This document shows positions 45,717 to 58,401 of a DNA stretch of 64,000 nt, piece after piece (the stretch's first letter is position 1; every line of letters starts with the position of its first letter). This stretch comes from Actinomycetota bacterium (GTDB lineage: Bacteria; Actinomycetota; Acidimicrobiia; Spongiisociales; UBA4744). The position numbers and the translations under genes were made by a program. The stretch is from NCBI GenBank assembly GCA_013152275.1, contig JAADGS010000018.1, positions 80,136 to 144,135 on the forward strand, read 5' to 3'. The notes below the pieces were generated by a model. It was not told the origin of the DNA and did no database searches. It saw nothing but the letters and a program-made list of their open reading frames with translations.

Positions 45717-47093
45717 ATGCCCTATCGCACCATCATCGAACCGTTCCGGATCCACAGTGTTCAGGCGATCAACTTTCCGACCCGAGAGGAGCGCGAAGCC
45801 GCTCTACGGCGTGCCGGATACAACCTGTTCGGACTGCACGGCGATGAAGTCATCATCGATCTTCTGACCGATTCGGGGACCGGCGCGATGTCCTCACGCC
45901 AGTGGGCGGGGATGATGGACGGCGACGAGTCCTACGCCGGGAGTCGCTCCTTCTACCGTTTCCGAGACGTCATCACCGAGATCACCGGCTTCTCCGAGAT
46001 CATCCCGACCCATCAGGGACGGGCATCCGAGCGCATCCTGTTCAGCACGATCGTCGGACCGGGCGATGTCGTGCCCAACAACACGCACTTCGACACGACG
46101 AGGGCGAACATCGAGCACCAGGGCGCCGAAGCCAGGGATCTGCTCAACGCCGAAGGGCACGATCCGACGGTCGTTGCGCCGTTCAAGGGCAACATGGACA
46201 TCGACGCACTCGAAGCCACCATCCGAGAGGTCGGCGCCGAGCACATCCCGATGGTGATGGTCACGGTCACGAACAACTCCGGTGGCGGACAGCCGGTATC
46301 GCTTGCGAACCTGCGGTCCGTCCGGGAGGTGTGCGACCGCCACGGGATCCGTTTCTTCCTCGATGCCTGCCGCTTCGCAGAGAACGCCTGGTTCATCAAA
46401 CAGCGCGAAGACGGATACGCCGACAAGACGCCTCTGGAGATCGCCCAAGAGATGTTCTCGATCGTCGACGGCTGCACGATGTCGGCGAAGAAGGACGGCC
46501 TTGCCAACATCGGTGGCTTCATCGGTCTGCGCGATGCCGAGCTGGCGCAAGAGGCACGCAACCTGCTGATCCTCACCGAAGGGTTTCCCACGTACGGTGG
46601 CCTCGCCGGGTACGACCTGGAAGCGATTGCGATCGGGCTCCAGGAAGTGCTCGACGAGGAATACCTGCGGTATCGGATCCGCTCGACCGCATATCTCGCC
46701 GAGAAGGTGCGTGCCGCCGGTGTCCCGATCGTTCGGCCGCCGGGAGGTCATGCCGTCTATCTCGACGCCAAGGCGTTCCTGCCGCATGTCCCACCGAGCG
46801 CCTACCCGGCGCAGGCGCTGGCGATCGAGCTGTATCGGGACGGAGGCGTCAGAGGCGTCGAGATCGGTTCGGTCATGTTCGGCAAGCCGCAGGACGACGG
46901 GACCGAGATCCCGTCGGAGATGGAGTTGGTGCGCCTCGCCGTACCGCGCCGGACCTATACGCAGAGCCACATCGACTACGTCGGCGAAGTCGTCATCTCC
47001 GTCGCGCAGCACGCCGAGGAGATACGCGGGTACAGGATCGTCGAGCAGGCGCCGTGGTTGCGTCACTTCACTGCCCGCTTCGAACCCCTCTAA
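45717..47093 (+). CDS. Beta-eliminating lyase (tryptophanase / tyrosine phenol-lyase family)
   Basis: PLP-Lys region SAKKDGLANIGGF and N-terminus YRTIIEPFRI match the family. GGGAG lies 6 nt before ATG 45717. Indole-lyase and phenol-lyase cannot be distinguished by eye. Confidence 0.85.
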   Translation: MPYRTIIEPFRIHSVQAINFPTREEREAALRRAGYNLFGLHGDEVIIDLLTDSGTGAMSSRQWAGMMDGDESYAGSRSFYRFRDVITEITGFSEIIPTHQGRASERILFSTIVGPGDVVPNNTHFDTTRANIEHQGAEARDLLNAEGHDPTVVAPFKGNMDIDALEATIREVGAEHIPMVMVTVTNNSGGGQPVSLANLRSVREVCDRHGIRFFLDACRFAENAWFIKQREDGYADKTPLEIAQEMFSIVDGCTMSAKKDGLANIGGFIGLRDAELAQEARNLLILTEGFPTYGGLAGYDLEAIAIGLQEVLDEEYLRYRIRSTAYLAEKVRAAGVPIVRPPGGHAVYLDAKAFLPHVPPSAYPAQALAIELYRDGGVRGVEIGSVMFGKPQDDGTEIPSEMELVRLAVPRRTYTQSHIDYVGEVVISVAQHAEEIRGYRIVEQAPWLRHFTARFEPL

Positions 47094-47149
47094 CTCGTTC
47101 TGGTGACGCTTCGACGGGATTATTCCCGTGAAGCGTCACGAGAACGGGA
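47094..47149. repeat. REP-like hairpin element, family A copy 1 (17-bp stems, palindromic loop); probable terminator
   Basis: CGTTCTGGTGACGCTTC-gacgggattattcccgt-GAAGCGTCACGAGAACG begins immediately after the stop codon. It is about 90% identical to the copy at 57008-57061. Confidence 0.6.
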
Positions 47150-47183
47150 GGATGTAGCATCGATCCGAGAGTGAGGAGAAGTC

Positions 47184-47726
47184 GTGTCATTACCCGACCT
47201 GCTTGGTGTCATCCGAATCTTGATGACCCCGCTGGTGATGGTGCTGGTCCTCACCGACAGTCGAGCCGGATTCCTCGTCGCCGCGGCGCTGTTCGTGATC
47301 GCAGCGTTCACCGATTTCCTCGACGGGTACTTCGCCAGACGGTGGGACATCGGGACCGTCCTCGGCGCCTTCATCGACTCGACCGCCGACAAGCTGCTGG
47401 TCACCGGCACGCTCCTGGCGCTGATCGCCGTCGATCGCGTGTCGGTATGGGCGGCGCTGATCATCATCGCCAGGGAGATCGTCGTGATGACGCTGCGCGG
47501 CGTCGTCGCCATCGAAGGTGAGCTCGTCAGACCGTCCATCTGGGGCAAGGCAAAGGCGAACGTGCAGTACATCGCCATCGTGCTCGCCATGCTTCGTCTC
47601 TTCAAGCCGTTGGGGCCGCTGTTTCTCGACGAATGGGTGATGTGGGTGGCGGTGCTCCTGACGCTCGCTTCGGGCTGGGGTTACGTGCAGGCGTTCCGCT
47701 CCGTCGTCGGGAGGGTCGATCGGTGA
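47184..47726 (+). CDS. pgsA: CDP-alcohol phosphatidyltransferase (PgsA-like)
   Basis: GTG start has GAGGAG 4 nt upstream. Carries the CDP-OH transferase motif D-G-x2-A-R...G-x3-D-x3-D (FTDFLDGYFARRWDIGTVLGAFIDSTADK). Confidence 0.8.
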   Translation: MSLPDLLGVIRILMTPLVMVLVLTDSRAGFLVAAALFVIAAFTDFLDGYFARRWDIGTVLGAFIDSTADKLLVTGTLLALIAVDRVSVWAALIIIAREIVVMTLRGVVAIEGELVRPSIWGKAKANVQYIAIVLAMLRLFKPLGPLFLDEWVMWVAVLLTLASGWGYVQAFRSVVGRVDR

Positions 47727-48691
47727 GTGTGTTCGTGACCGGCGGCTCCGGCGTCGTCGGTCGTGAGGTCGTCCGACTGCTTGTCGCCGACGGAAGGGAT
47801 GTTCGCGCTCTGGCCCGATCCGACGCATCGGTGAGTCTCGTCGAGGATCTCGGCGCCCGGTCGATCCGGGGAGACATTCTCGACTATCCGGGTCTGGTGA
47901 ACGCGATGCGCGAATCGGAGACGGTCTTCCACATCGCAGGGATGAACACGATGTGTGCTCGGGATCGGGAACCGATGCGGATGGTCAACGTCGACGGTAC
48001 CCGCAACGTGATCCGCGCCGCGGCGGCCGCAGGGGTCCGAAGAGTCGTCTGCACCTCGTCGGCGGTGACCCTTGGTGAGCGCAGGGGGGAGATCGGCTCC
48101 GAGTCGAGCCGCCATCGCGGATGGTTCCTGTCCGCATATGAGCGCACGAAGTTCGAGGCCGAGCAGGTGGCGCTGGGGGAGCGGATCGGCGTCGAAGTCG
48201 TCGCCGTCAACCCGTCCTCGGTGCAGGGGCCCGGGCGTGTCACCGGAACCGGCCGCCTGTTGCTCGCTCTTCTCAACGGCAAGCTCCCATTCGTCATCGA
48301 CACCCGAGTCAGCCTCGTGGACATCACCGACTGCGCACGAGGCCATCTACTCGCCGAGACCAAAGGGGCGACCGGAGAACGGTATGTGTTGTCGGGGTTC
48401 ACGATGACCATGGAGGAAGCGGTGTGCATGCTCGGCGACGCGGCCGGTGTACCGCTCCGTGTGCGTAGGGTGCCCGGGTCGATGGCGACCGTGGCCGGGG
48501 TGCTGGTCGAGGGCGGTGGGCGCCTTCGGAGGCGGACGCCGCCGTTCTGTGGGGAGATGGCCCGCGTCATCCGGTTCGGACATGCGTACGACGGATCCAG
48601 GGCGACGCGAGAACTTGGCCTTCGCTACACCGCGCCGCGCGACACCATCGCCAGGACGGTCGCCTGGTATCGGGAGAACGGCTACCTGTAG
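47723..48691 (+). CDS. NAD-dependent epimerase/dehydratase (extended SDR)
   Basis: Rossmann motif VFVTGGSGVVG and Y-x3-K (YERTK) are present. GTG overlaps the pgsA stop. Confidence 0.8.
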   Translation: MSVFVTGGSGVVGREVVRLLVADGRDVRALARSDASVSLVEDLGARSIRGDILDYPGLVNAMRESETVFHIAGMNTMCARDREPMRMVNVDGTRNVIRAAAAAGVRRVVCTSSAVTLGERRGEIGSESSRHRGWFLSAYERTKFEAEQVALGERIGVEVVAVNPSSVQGPGRVTGTGRLLLALLNGKLPFVIDTRVSLVDITDCARGHLLAETKGATGERYVLSGFTMTMEEAVCMLGDAAGVPLRVRRVPGSMATVAGVLVEGGGRLRRRTPPFCGEMARVIRFGHAYDGSRATRELGLRYTAPRDTIARTVAWYRENGYL

Positions 48692-48963
48692 AGGCCGGTC
48701 TTCAGCGGGAAGCCTGCAGCTTCAGGTTTCTCGTCAATGCAGGCGTCGAATGGCGACGCTCCCATTGACAGGAAAGTGGGAAGAGTGGCGGCCACCCGAC
48801 TGGGAGGCTGAACCGTCGCTGGGGGGCATTGCGAAGTATAAGCCGGTTCAGTTCTGGGGGCTCGGATGGCCGCCAGTCGCTACGGTACCCGACAAGTACG
48901 CCGTTGCGGTGGAAATCCGGGCAGACGCCACCGCGACTCGGTGTCGCTACCCTGTGCCAAACG

Positions 48964-51900
48964 ATGCCGGCGCCACTCAAACCTCTCGTCAGCGCTTGGC
49001 GCCCCGAACTCATACCCCCGGTCCCCGGTCGAGTCGCGGTGGCGACGGCAGGGCGCGCCTTCCTGCTCGCCGGTCTCGCCTCACGTGCCGCGGGTCCGGT
49101 GCTGGCGCTGGTGCCGGGAGAACGAGAGGCCGAGGAGCTCGCGGACGACCTCGGTCTCTTCACCGAGCACGTCGTTCTCCTCCCCGCGTGGGAGACCCTG
49201 CCCTTCGAGCACGTCTCCCCGAACGAAGGGACGATGGCGAGACGGGCACAGGCTCGCCACACGTTGACCGGTGGCATGTCCGGAGCCATCATCGTCGCCT
49301 CGGCACGTGCCGCTGCGCAGCGGATCAGCCCTTCGCCCATCGACCCGATCGTCGCCCGGGTCGGTGAAGAGGTACCGTTCGATCGGCTCGTGGCCCACCT
49401 GGGTGCTGCCGGCTACACGCGCGTGGCCCGTGTCGAGACTCGCGGAGAATTCACCGTTCGCGGCGGCATCATCGACGTCTTCCCTGCTCAGAGCGGCACA
49501 CCGATCCGCCTCGACCTCTGGGGCGACCTTGTGGAGAGCGTGCGAACGTTCTCCGTGTCGTCCCAGCGTTCGGAGCATGACGTGGCCGAGCTCGTCGCAT
49601 TCCCGCCCCGGGAGGTGCGTCCAGACGAAGCCATGGTCGCGCTCGCCGCCGATCTGGTCCGTAGCGAGCCGTGGGCCGCGGCGACATGGGACCGCATCGC
49701 TGAGAGCGTGATCTTCCCTGGAATCGAGTCGTGGCTCCCCTGGCTGGCTCCTCCCCGGACCGTCCTGTCGGAGATGCCGCCCGGCGGGACCGTGGTCGTC
49801 TTCGATCCGGTTGCGGTCACGGACAGGGCAAGGGACCTTGCTGCAGAAGAGAGCGATCTGGCAGAGGCGCTGGCACCGACCTGGGGGTTCGGCGCCCCGG
49901 CCGACCACCCGTCGCTGTATCTGGATCTGCCGATCGAGGACCGGCGTGCGCTGCTCGTGCCGCCCGTCGCAACAGGCCCCGACGACACCGTGCTGCGGGT
50001 GAGAGGGCTCGATGCGACGCCCGGTGATCCCGATTCCGTGGCCGGAGCGCTCTCGCGGCTCATCGCATCCGGGGCGACCACCGTCGTGGCGATGGACGGT
50101 GACGCAGCCGCCGATCGGGTCGCCAGGGTCTTGGGTACCGGCGGGATCGATCTACCGCGAAGAAACCGCCTGGAGGTGGTGGAGTCGGCGGTCCTCGGCA
50201 CGGGGATCCATCACGGGTTCCACTTCGTCGACACCGGCGTCGCCGTGTTCGGAGAGCAATCGATCGCCGGCCGTCGAAGAGCACACCGTCGAGTCGGCAG
50301 GAGGGTTTCCGCCGCCGAGACGGCCAGCTTCCGCGATCTTCGGGAGGGCGACTACGTCGTGCACTACAGGCACGGCATCGGCAGATTCGAGGGTCTCGTC
50401 GCAAAGACGGTCGCAGGTGTCGAGCGGGACTACCTGATCGTTGCCTATGCAGCCGGCGACAAGCTGTACGTGCCGACGGACCAGCTCGATGCGATCCGCC
50501 GGTACACCGGCGGTGAGAAGCCGAGAGTCTCGAGGATGGGTGGAGCCGACTGGTCGGCAACCAAGGCCAGAGTGCGCAAGGCGGTCGCGGCGGTCGCCGA
50601 GCAGGTCGTCAGTCTGCATCGTGCGAGGGCGACCGCGACGGGCCACGCCTTTGGCCCCGACGGGCCGTGGCAGCGCGAACTGGATGCCGCGTTCCCGTTC
50701 GAGGAGACTCCCGACCAGATGCAGGCGATCGAAGACGTCAAAGCGGACATGCAATCCGAGCGTCCGATGGACCGGCTCGTCTTTGGTGACGTGGGGTTCG
50801 GCAAGACGGAGATCGCGGTGCGGGCGGCGTTCCGTGCGGCCACGGGAGGGCGCCAGACCGCCGTGCTCTGTCCGACCACGCTGCTCGCGCAGCAGCACTT
50901 CCAGACCTTCACCGAGCGCTTCGAACCGTTCCCGATACGTGTCGCCATGCTCAGCCGCTTCCTCGGCGCAAGAGAGCAGAAGAGTGTCGTGCGCAAACTC
51001 GCCACCGGCGAGATCGACGTGGTCATCGGAACGCATCGGCTGCTGAGCGAAGACATCCGCTTCAAGGATCTTGGCCTGCTCGTCGTAGACGAAGAGCAGC
51101 GGTTCGGTGTGGGGGCCAAGGATGCGATCAAAGGCCTGCGTGTCGGTGTGGACGTGCTGACGTTGACGGCCACACCGATCCCTCGCACGCTCGAGATGGC
51201 ACTCACCGGCATCCGGGACGTGAGCCACATTCGGACCGCGCCGGAAGATCGTCATCCGATCCTCACCTATGTGGGGCCGCTGGAGGAACGGTCCGTGTCG
51301 GCCGCGATCCGGCGCGAGATGCTCAGGGAGGGACAGGTCTTCTATGTGCACAACAGGGTGCAATCGATCGATCGGGCCGTTGCCAGACTTCGCGAACTGG
51401 TTCCGAATGCCCGCTACGCCGTCGCGCATGGGCAGATGAGCGAAGGACAACTGGAGCAGGTGATGCTCGACTTCTGGAATCACCGGTTCGACGTGCTCGT
51501 CGCCACCACGATCATCGAGTCGGGTCTCGACCTGCCGACGGTCAACACGTTGCTCGTCGAGCGGGCAGACCTGCTCGGGCTCGCGCAGCTGTACCAGCTC
51601 AGAGGAAGGGTCGGACGGTCCAGCCAGCGGGCATACGCCTACCTGTTCCATCCGCCGGAGCAGTCCCTGAGCGAGGAGGCACGGCGGCGGCTGCGTTCGA
51701 TCGGCGAGCACACCGAACTCGGATCCGGGTTCGACGTTGCATTGCGGGACCTGGAGATCAGGGGGGCCGGAAGCATCCTCGGCGAAGTGCAGTCCGGGCA
51801 TATCGCCGCCGTCGGCTTCGACTTGTATGCGAGGCTCGTTGCCGAAGCGGTCGGGGAACTCGAAGGAAGGCCGGCGTCTGAAGATCGCCCGGCAGAAGTT

Positions 51901-52344
51901 CGCATCGAGATCCCCGTCAACGCCTACTTGGCCGAAGAGTTCATTCCCGACCAGGAAGCCCGACTGGAGGCGTATCGTCGACTCGCCACCGCCACGACCG
52001 TGAGTCAGGTGGCCGATGTCGCCGCCGAGTGGAAAGACCGCTACGGGCCATGGCCGGGGGCCGTCGATGCGCTCTTGGCGGTGGCGGAGCTGCGGGCAGA
52101 GGCACTGCGCGTCGGTCTCGAGGAGATCGTCTCGCTCGGACGCGAAGTACGGTTTGCCCCTGTCGACCTCTCCATATCGCAAGAGGTCAGACTCCAGCGC
52201 ATCGCCCCGAAAGCGGTGCTGCGCGCCGCCGAGAGCGCGCTGTTCCTGCCTTCGCCGCCACCCGGGCGGACGATCGAGGTGCTCAGCGGCTTCGTTCGCG
52301 AGATGTGGCCCGAGTCCAGCGATGGTGCGGCCCGGCAGAAGTGA
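48964..52344 (+). CDS. mfd: Transcription-repair coupling factor Mfd
   Basis: Has an UvrB-homology N-region, CarD/TRCF domain (VVHYRHGIGRFEG), SF2 helicase motifs (GDVGFGKTE, DEEQRFG) and a TRCF C-terminal domain. The first ATG is not well defined. Confidence 0.9.
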   Translation: MPAPLKPLVSAWRPELIPPVPGRVAVATAGRAFLLAGLASRAAGPVLALVPGEREAEELADDLGLFTEHVVLLPAWETLPFEHVSPNEGTMARRAQARHTLTGGMSGAIIVASARAAAQRISPSPIDPIVARVGEEVPFDRLVAHLGAAGYTRVARVETRGEFTVRGGIIDVFPAQSGTPIRLDLWGDLVESVRTFSVSSQRSEHDVAELVAFPPREVRPDEAMVALAADLVRSEPWAAATWDRIAESVIFPGIESWLPWLAPPRTVLSEMPPGGTVVVFDPVAVTDRARDLAAEESDLAEALAPTWGFGAPADHPSLYLDLPIEDRRALLVPPVATGPDDTVLRVRGLDATPGDPDSVAGALSRLIASGATTVVAMDGDAAADRVARVLGTGGIDLPRRNRLEVVESAVLGTGIHHGFHFVDTGVAVFGEQSIAGRRRAHRRVGRRVSAAETASFRDLREGDYVVHYRHGIGRFEGLVAKTVAGVERDYLIVAYAAGDKLYVPTDQLDAIRRYTGGEKPRVSRMGGADWSATKARVRKAVAAVAEQVVSLHRARATATGHAFGPDGPWQRELDAAFPFEETPDQMQAIEDVKADMQSERPMDRLVFGDVGFGKTEIAVRAAFRAATGGRQTAVLCPTTLLAQQHFQTFTERFEPFPIRVAMLSRFLGAREQKSVVRKLATGEIDVVIGTHRLLSEDIRFKDLGLLVVDEEQRFGVGAKDAIKGLRVGVDVLTLTATPIPRTLEMALTGIRDVSHIRTAPEDRHPILTYVGPLEERSVSAAIRREMLREGQVFYVHNRVQSIDRAVARLRELVPNARYAVAHGQMSEGQLEQVMLDFWNHRFDVLVATTIIESGLDLPTVNTLLVERADLLGLAQLYQLRGRVGRSSQRAYAYLFHPPEQSLSEEARRRLRSIGEHTELGSGFDVALRDLEIRGAGSILGEVQSGHIAAVGFDLYARLVAEAVGELEGRPASEDRPAEVRIEIPVNAYLAEEFIPDQEARLEAYRRLATATTVSQVADVAAEWKDRYGPWPGAVDALLAVAELRAEALRVGLEEIVSLGREVRFAPVDLSISQEVRLQRIAPKAVLRAAESALFLPSPPPGRTIEVLSGFVREMWPESSDGAARQK

Positions 52345-52428
52345 GCAGTTCACTTTCCTGGTTGCAGCACCTGCTGCCTACTATTCGTCGCTCTTCGCCT
52401 ACTATTCGACAGTCAGAAAGGTGAATTC

Positions 52429-53336
52429 GTGCGCAAGTATCTCGTCCTCCTCTTCATCGTCGCCCTCGTGGCCTCGGCGTGTTCCGGCACGGGCAAGGCC
52501 GTGGCGACCGTCAACGGCGTTGCGATCACTCTTGGCGATGTTGAGGCCCTTGCTCCGTCGAGCGACACGATGGACACCGCAACTTTCGACGGCAACCTGA
52601 GAAACCTCATCGTCGAGCAGGTCGTTCTTCAGGCCGCCGAGCAAGAGTGGAATCTCTCGTTCGACGCCACCGCCGTCGACGACCGGTACAACGAAATGGT
52701 GAACTCCATCGACGGCGACGTCGATCAGTACCTTTCCGACAACGGCATAACGAAGGGGACGTTGCGCCACATTGCGATCCAGCAGCTGCTCGGGACCGCC
52801 ATCGACAAGCAGCTTTCCACTCAGATTGGACCGATCTCCGACGCGGACCTGCAGACCGCCTATGAGGGGGCCAAGCAGGCCCAAAGCAACGTGTGTGCCC
52901 ACCACATCCTCGTCGCCACCGAGGATGAGGCGAACGCCGTGATCGATCGGATCAACGCCGGTGAGAGCTTCGAGGACATCGCAAAAGAACTCTCGATCGA
53001 CACGAAGACCGGCCCGGAGGGCGGCGACCTCGGCTGCAACGCTCCTTCGAGCTTCGTGCCGAGCTTCGCGCAAGCTCTTCTCGAAGCGCCCGTCGGAGAG
53101 CTGTACGGACCGGTCCAGACCGAGTACGGGTTCCACGTGATCAGGGTCGACTCGCGTGACGTCCCCGCGTTGGAGGACATCAAGAGTCAGCTCGAGGACC
53201 AGATCAAGCGCCAGCAAGGCGCGGCGCTGTTCAAGGACTGGATTACGAGCAAGCTCGACGCGGCCACGATCGAAGTCGAGTCGAAATACGGCACCTGGTC
53301 TGGAGCGCCTGACTACACGATCACACCACAGGCCTG

Positions 53337-53337
<1 letters not shown>
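52429..53337 (+). CDS. PpiC-type (parvulin) peptidyl-prolyl isomerase lipoprotein (PrsA/SurA-like)
   Basis: Lipobox ASAC is present. Parvulin core HHILVATEDEA...GGDLG...GFHVIRV is intact. GTG start has AAAGGTG upstream. Confidence 0.8.
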
Positions 53338-56091
<2,754 letters not shown>

Positions 56092-56092
56092 T

Positions 56093-56479
56093 ATGAGGGG
56101 ATCGCGTCTCGCAATCTTGGCCATCGTCGGCCTGGTCGTGGTGGGCGCGGTGCTCATCACGAATGTCCTGCCGATCCGTAGTCTGATGGCGGAGCAGCGG
56201 CGCGTCGATCTCGCCCAGGAGCAGCTTGCTGCGCTCCAGGAAGCGAACGCCCGTCTGCAGGCATCGGCGGACTTCCTTTCCTCGGACGCGGGTGTGGAGA
56301 TGGTCGCTCGGCGCGATTTCGGACTGGTTCGACCGGGTGAGACCGCCTACGTGGTCGTCGATCCCAACGACAAGGGCTTTACCCCGGACGTGCCGAGGAC
56401 GGCCGTTGAACCTGCACAGCCCCGGCCGTGGTGGCAACGCATCTGGGATTTCGTCACCGGTCGTGACCTGACGGGATGA
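56093..56479 (+). CDS. ftsB: Septum formation initiator FtsB/DivIC-like protein
   Basis: A single TM is followed by a coiled coil (LAQEQLAALQEANARLQ) and the DivIC C-terminus (ARRDFGLVRPGE). Confidence 0.7.
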   Translation: MRGSRLAILAIVGLVVVGAVLITNVLPIRSLMAEQRRVDLAQEQLAALQEANARLQASADFLSSDAGVEMVARRDFGLVRPGETAYVVVDPNDKGFTPDVPRTAVEPAQPRPWWQRIWDFVTGRDLTG

Positions 56480-57003
56480 TGGACGACCAGCAGGTGGTCG
56501 CGCTGCAATTGGAGCGCCCGCTACGTGCCGCGGTGGAGGTCGTGTACCGATGCCCGCTCGGTCTGCCGGTTGTTGTCGCCGTACCACCGCTCCTCGACGA
56601 CGGGACGCCGTTTCCCACCCGCTACTGGCTGTCCTGTCCCGCCGCGCGTAGGCGTGTCGGGAGGATCGAGGCGGCGGGCGGTGTCAGGGCGATGGACCGT
56701 CGCATACGTCACGACGCGGCATTCGCCGCAGCGATGGGCGACACGAACCGGCGCTACGCGGCCGAGCGCGACGCGTTGATCCCCGACGGTGCGACGCCCC
56801 GGCCGACCGGCGGAGTCGCCGGAGGTTCGGGAGGTGTGAAATGCCTCCACGCCCACTACGCGGATCATCGTGCGGGTAACACCAATCCGGTGGGGGAGTT
56901 CGTCGCGCCGTGGGTCGAGCCGTTCGACTGTGACGTGCCGTGCGTGATCGAAGGGCCGGACGGTGTCGCCGCGGTGAACCCGGGGTGGTCGGAGCCGCGC
57001 TGA
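56476..57003 (+). CDS. DUF501-domain protein (conserved eno-ftsB-DUF501 neighbourhood)
   Basis: Start overlaps the ftsB stop (ATGA). DUF501-type blocks FPTRYWLSCP and Cys/His-rich GVKCLHAHYA are present. Confidence 0.7.
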   Translation: MMDDQQVVALQLERPLRAAVEVVYRCPLGLPVVVAVPPLLDDGTPFPTRYWLSCPAARRRVGRIEAAGGVRAMDRRIRHDAAFAAAMGDTNRRYAAERDALIPDGATPRPTGGVAGGSGGVKCLHAHYADHRAGNTNPVGEFVAPWVEPFDCDVPCVIEGPDGVAAVNPGWSEPR

Positions 57004-57007
57004 CCTT

Positions 57008-57061
57008 CCCGTTCTCGTGACGGTTCGATCGGATTATTCCCGTGAAGCGTCACGAGAACGG
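57008..57061. repeat. REP-like hairpin element, family A copy 2
   Basis: CGTTCTCGTGACGGTTC-gatcggattattcccgt-GAAGCGTCACGAGAACG lies between the convergent DUF501 and HIT genes, and the HIT stop falls inside the element. Confidence 0.6.
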
Positions 57062-57546
57062 ATGGATGGGGCTCGCAGCCGCGTCCACGTGACGGTGAGG
57101 TCCTCGGGCAGGACCCTGGTGTCTCCGACGGTCGTCATGAAGTTCGCATCTCCCGACCAGCGGGGCACGAGGTGGAGATGGAAGTGGCCCGGCACGCCGG
57201 CTCCTGCCACGCGGCCCAGATTGGCGCCGAGGTTGTAGCCGTCGGGGTGCATGGCCTCGTCGATGGCGTTCATGGCGTTGCCGAGGAGCCGCCAGAGCTC
57301 CGCCTGCTCATCGGCGTTCAAGTCGGCGGGTCGTTCGATGTGGCGGAACGGGGCCACCATGACGTGACCGGTCGTGTACGGGTACCGGTTGAGCATGGTG
57401 AATCCGAACGATCCCCGCTCGAGAATCAGTGCCTCTTCGTCGGCGCCGGCGGGCAGCCGGCAGAAGAGGCATCCGTCGGCATCGGGTTTGCCGGCATTGG
57501 CGATGTATTCGCTTCTCCAACCGGCCCACAGCATGTCCCAGGGCAT
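57034..57546 (-). CDS. HIT-family protein (GalT-like branch)
   Basis: Histidine triad HFHLHLVPRW is present. The last 7 codons are encoded by the repeat element. Confidence 0.75.
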   Translation of the reverse strand: MPWDMLWAGWRSEYIANAGKPDADGCLFCRLPAGADEEALILERGSFGFTMLNRYPYTTGHVMVAPFRHIERPADLNADEQAELWRLLGNAMNAIDEAMHPDGYNLGANLGRVAGAGVPGHFHLHLVPRWSGDANFMTTVGDTRVLPEDLTVTWTRLRAPSIRSRDASRE

Positions 57547-57576
57547 GATCGGAGGCTACTCGCTCTCGAAGACACT

Positions 57577-57630
57577 GTGAACCCTGGGCTCAGGGGGGTC
57601 GCTACGACCCCTACGAGCCCTGGGTTCACA
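57577..57630. repeat. Quasi-palindromic ~50-bp element, family B copy 1, directly upstream of tRNA-Leu
   Basis: TGTGAACCCTGGGCTC-aggggggtcgctacgacccct-ACGAGCCCTGGGTTCACA. It matches the copy at 59098-59152 except for three mismatches. Confidence 0.6.
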
Positions 57631-57651
57631 GGTTGGTAGCCTCCTGGTACT

Positions 57652-57740
57652 GCCCGGGTGACGGAACCGGTAGACGTGGCGGACTTAAAATCCGCTGCCC
57701 TCGAGAGGGCGTGTGGGTTCGAGTCCCACCCCGGGCACCA
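57652..57740 (+). tRNA. tRNA-Leu (anticodon TAA), CCA encoded
   Basis: Cloverleaf folds as: acceptor GCCCGGG/CCCGGGC, anticodon stem GCGGA/TCCGC with loop CTTAAAA, long variable arm TGCCCTCGAGAGGGCGT, T-arm GTGGG-TTCGAGT-CCCAC, 3' ACCA. Confidence 0.8.
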
Positions 57741-57753
57741 GGAGGCACGACTC

Positions 57754-58401
57754 ATGACCGACGATCGCGGCGACGCCTACTCGCGCGCTGCCCGCCGCTA
57801 CGACCGCTTCATCGGACCGTTCGTGCGCCGGCTGCGCGCCATCGGCCTCGACCTGTGCCCGCCCCGGCAAGGGATGGTCGTGCTCGACGTCGGCTGCGGC
57901 ACGGGGGCCCAGCTTGCCGCCTATCAGGAGGCAGGCTGTCGTGTGTCGTGTGTCGATCCTTCCCCGGCCATGCTGAGTGTCGCCCGGCGGCGGCTCGGCG
58001 ACGGAGCGGACATTCGAGAGGGAGACGCCACCGTGCTTCCCTACGAGGACGCGACGTTCGACCTCGCCACGATCTCGTTCGTGCTGCACGAGCTGCCCCA
58101 CGCCGACCGTGTGGCCGTCATGGGGGAGATGCGAAGGGTCCTCAAACCCGAAGGGCGCATCCTGGTCGTCGACTTCCTGCCGGGCCCGTATCGAGGGCTC
58201 AAAGCACTGCTCGTGCGGGCCGGGATCGTCGCCATCGAGTTCGCCGCCGGAGGTGACCACTGGCGTAACCATCGGGACTTCCTCGCTCGCGGGGCCTTGG
58301 CGGCGCTTGCCGACGCGCAGCATCTCTCGGTTCGCGAGCAACGGACGGCCGGTGGGGGAACCATCGCCGTGTCGCTGCTGGCCGCCGGCCGAGTCTCTTA
58401 A
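57754..58401 (+). CDS. Class I SAM-dependent methyltransferase
   Basis: Motif I VLDVGCGTG and the post-I acidic residue are present. GGAGG lies 8 nt before the ATG, which is only 13 nt after the tRNA CCA end. Confidence 0.8.
   Translation: MTDDRGDAYSRAARRYDRFIGPFVRRLRAIGLDLCPPRQGMVVLDVGCGTGAQLAAYQEAGCRVSCVDPSPAMLSVARRRLGDGADIREGDATVLPYEDATFDLATISFVLHELPHADRVAVMGEMRRVLKPEGRILVVDFLPGPYRGLKALLVRAGIVAIEFAAGGDHWRNHRDFLARGALAALADAQHLSVREQRTAGGGTIAVSLLAAGRVS

Noticed and set aside
48692-48963. Small ORF (MATLPLTGKWEEWRPPDWEAEP...) or ncRNA in the 270-bp gap upstream of mfd
   Set aside because: It has no RBS, only moderate GC3 bias and no motif. I retain only the possibility that the gap holds the mfd promoter or an sRNA. 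It needs RNA-seq.
50152-52353. 733-aa minus-strand ORF
   Set aside because: It is antisense to mfd, which is a clear TRCF with helicase motifs.
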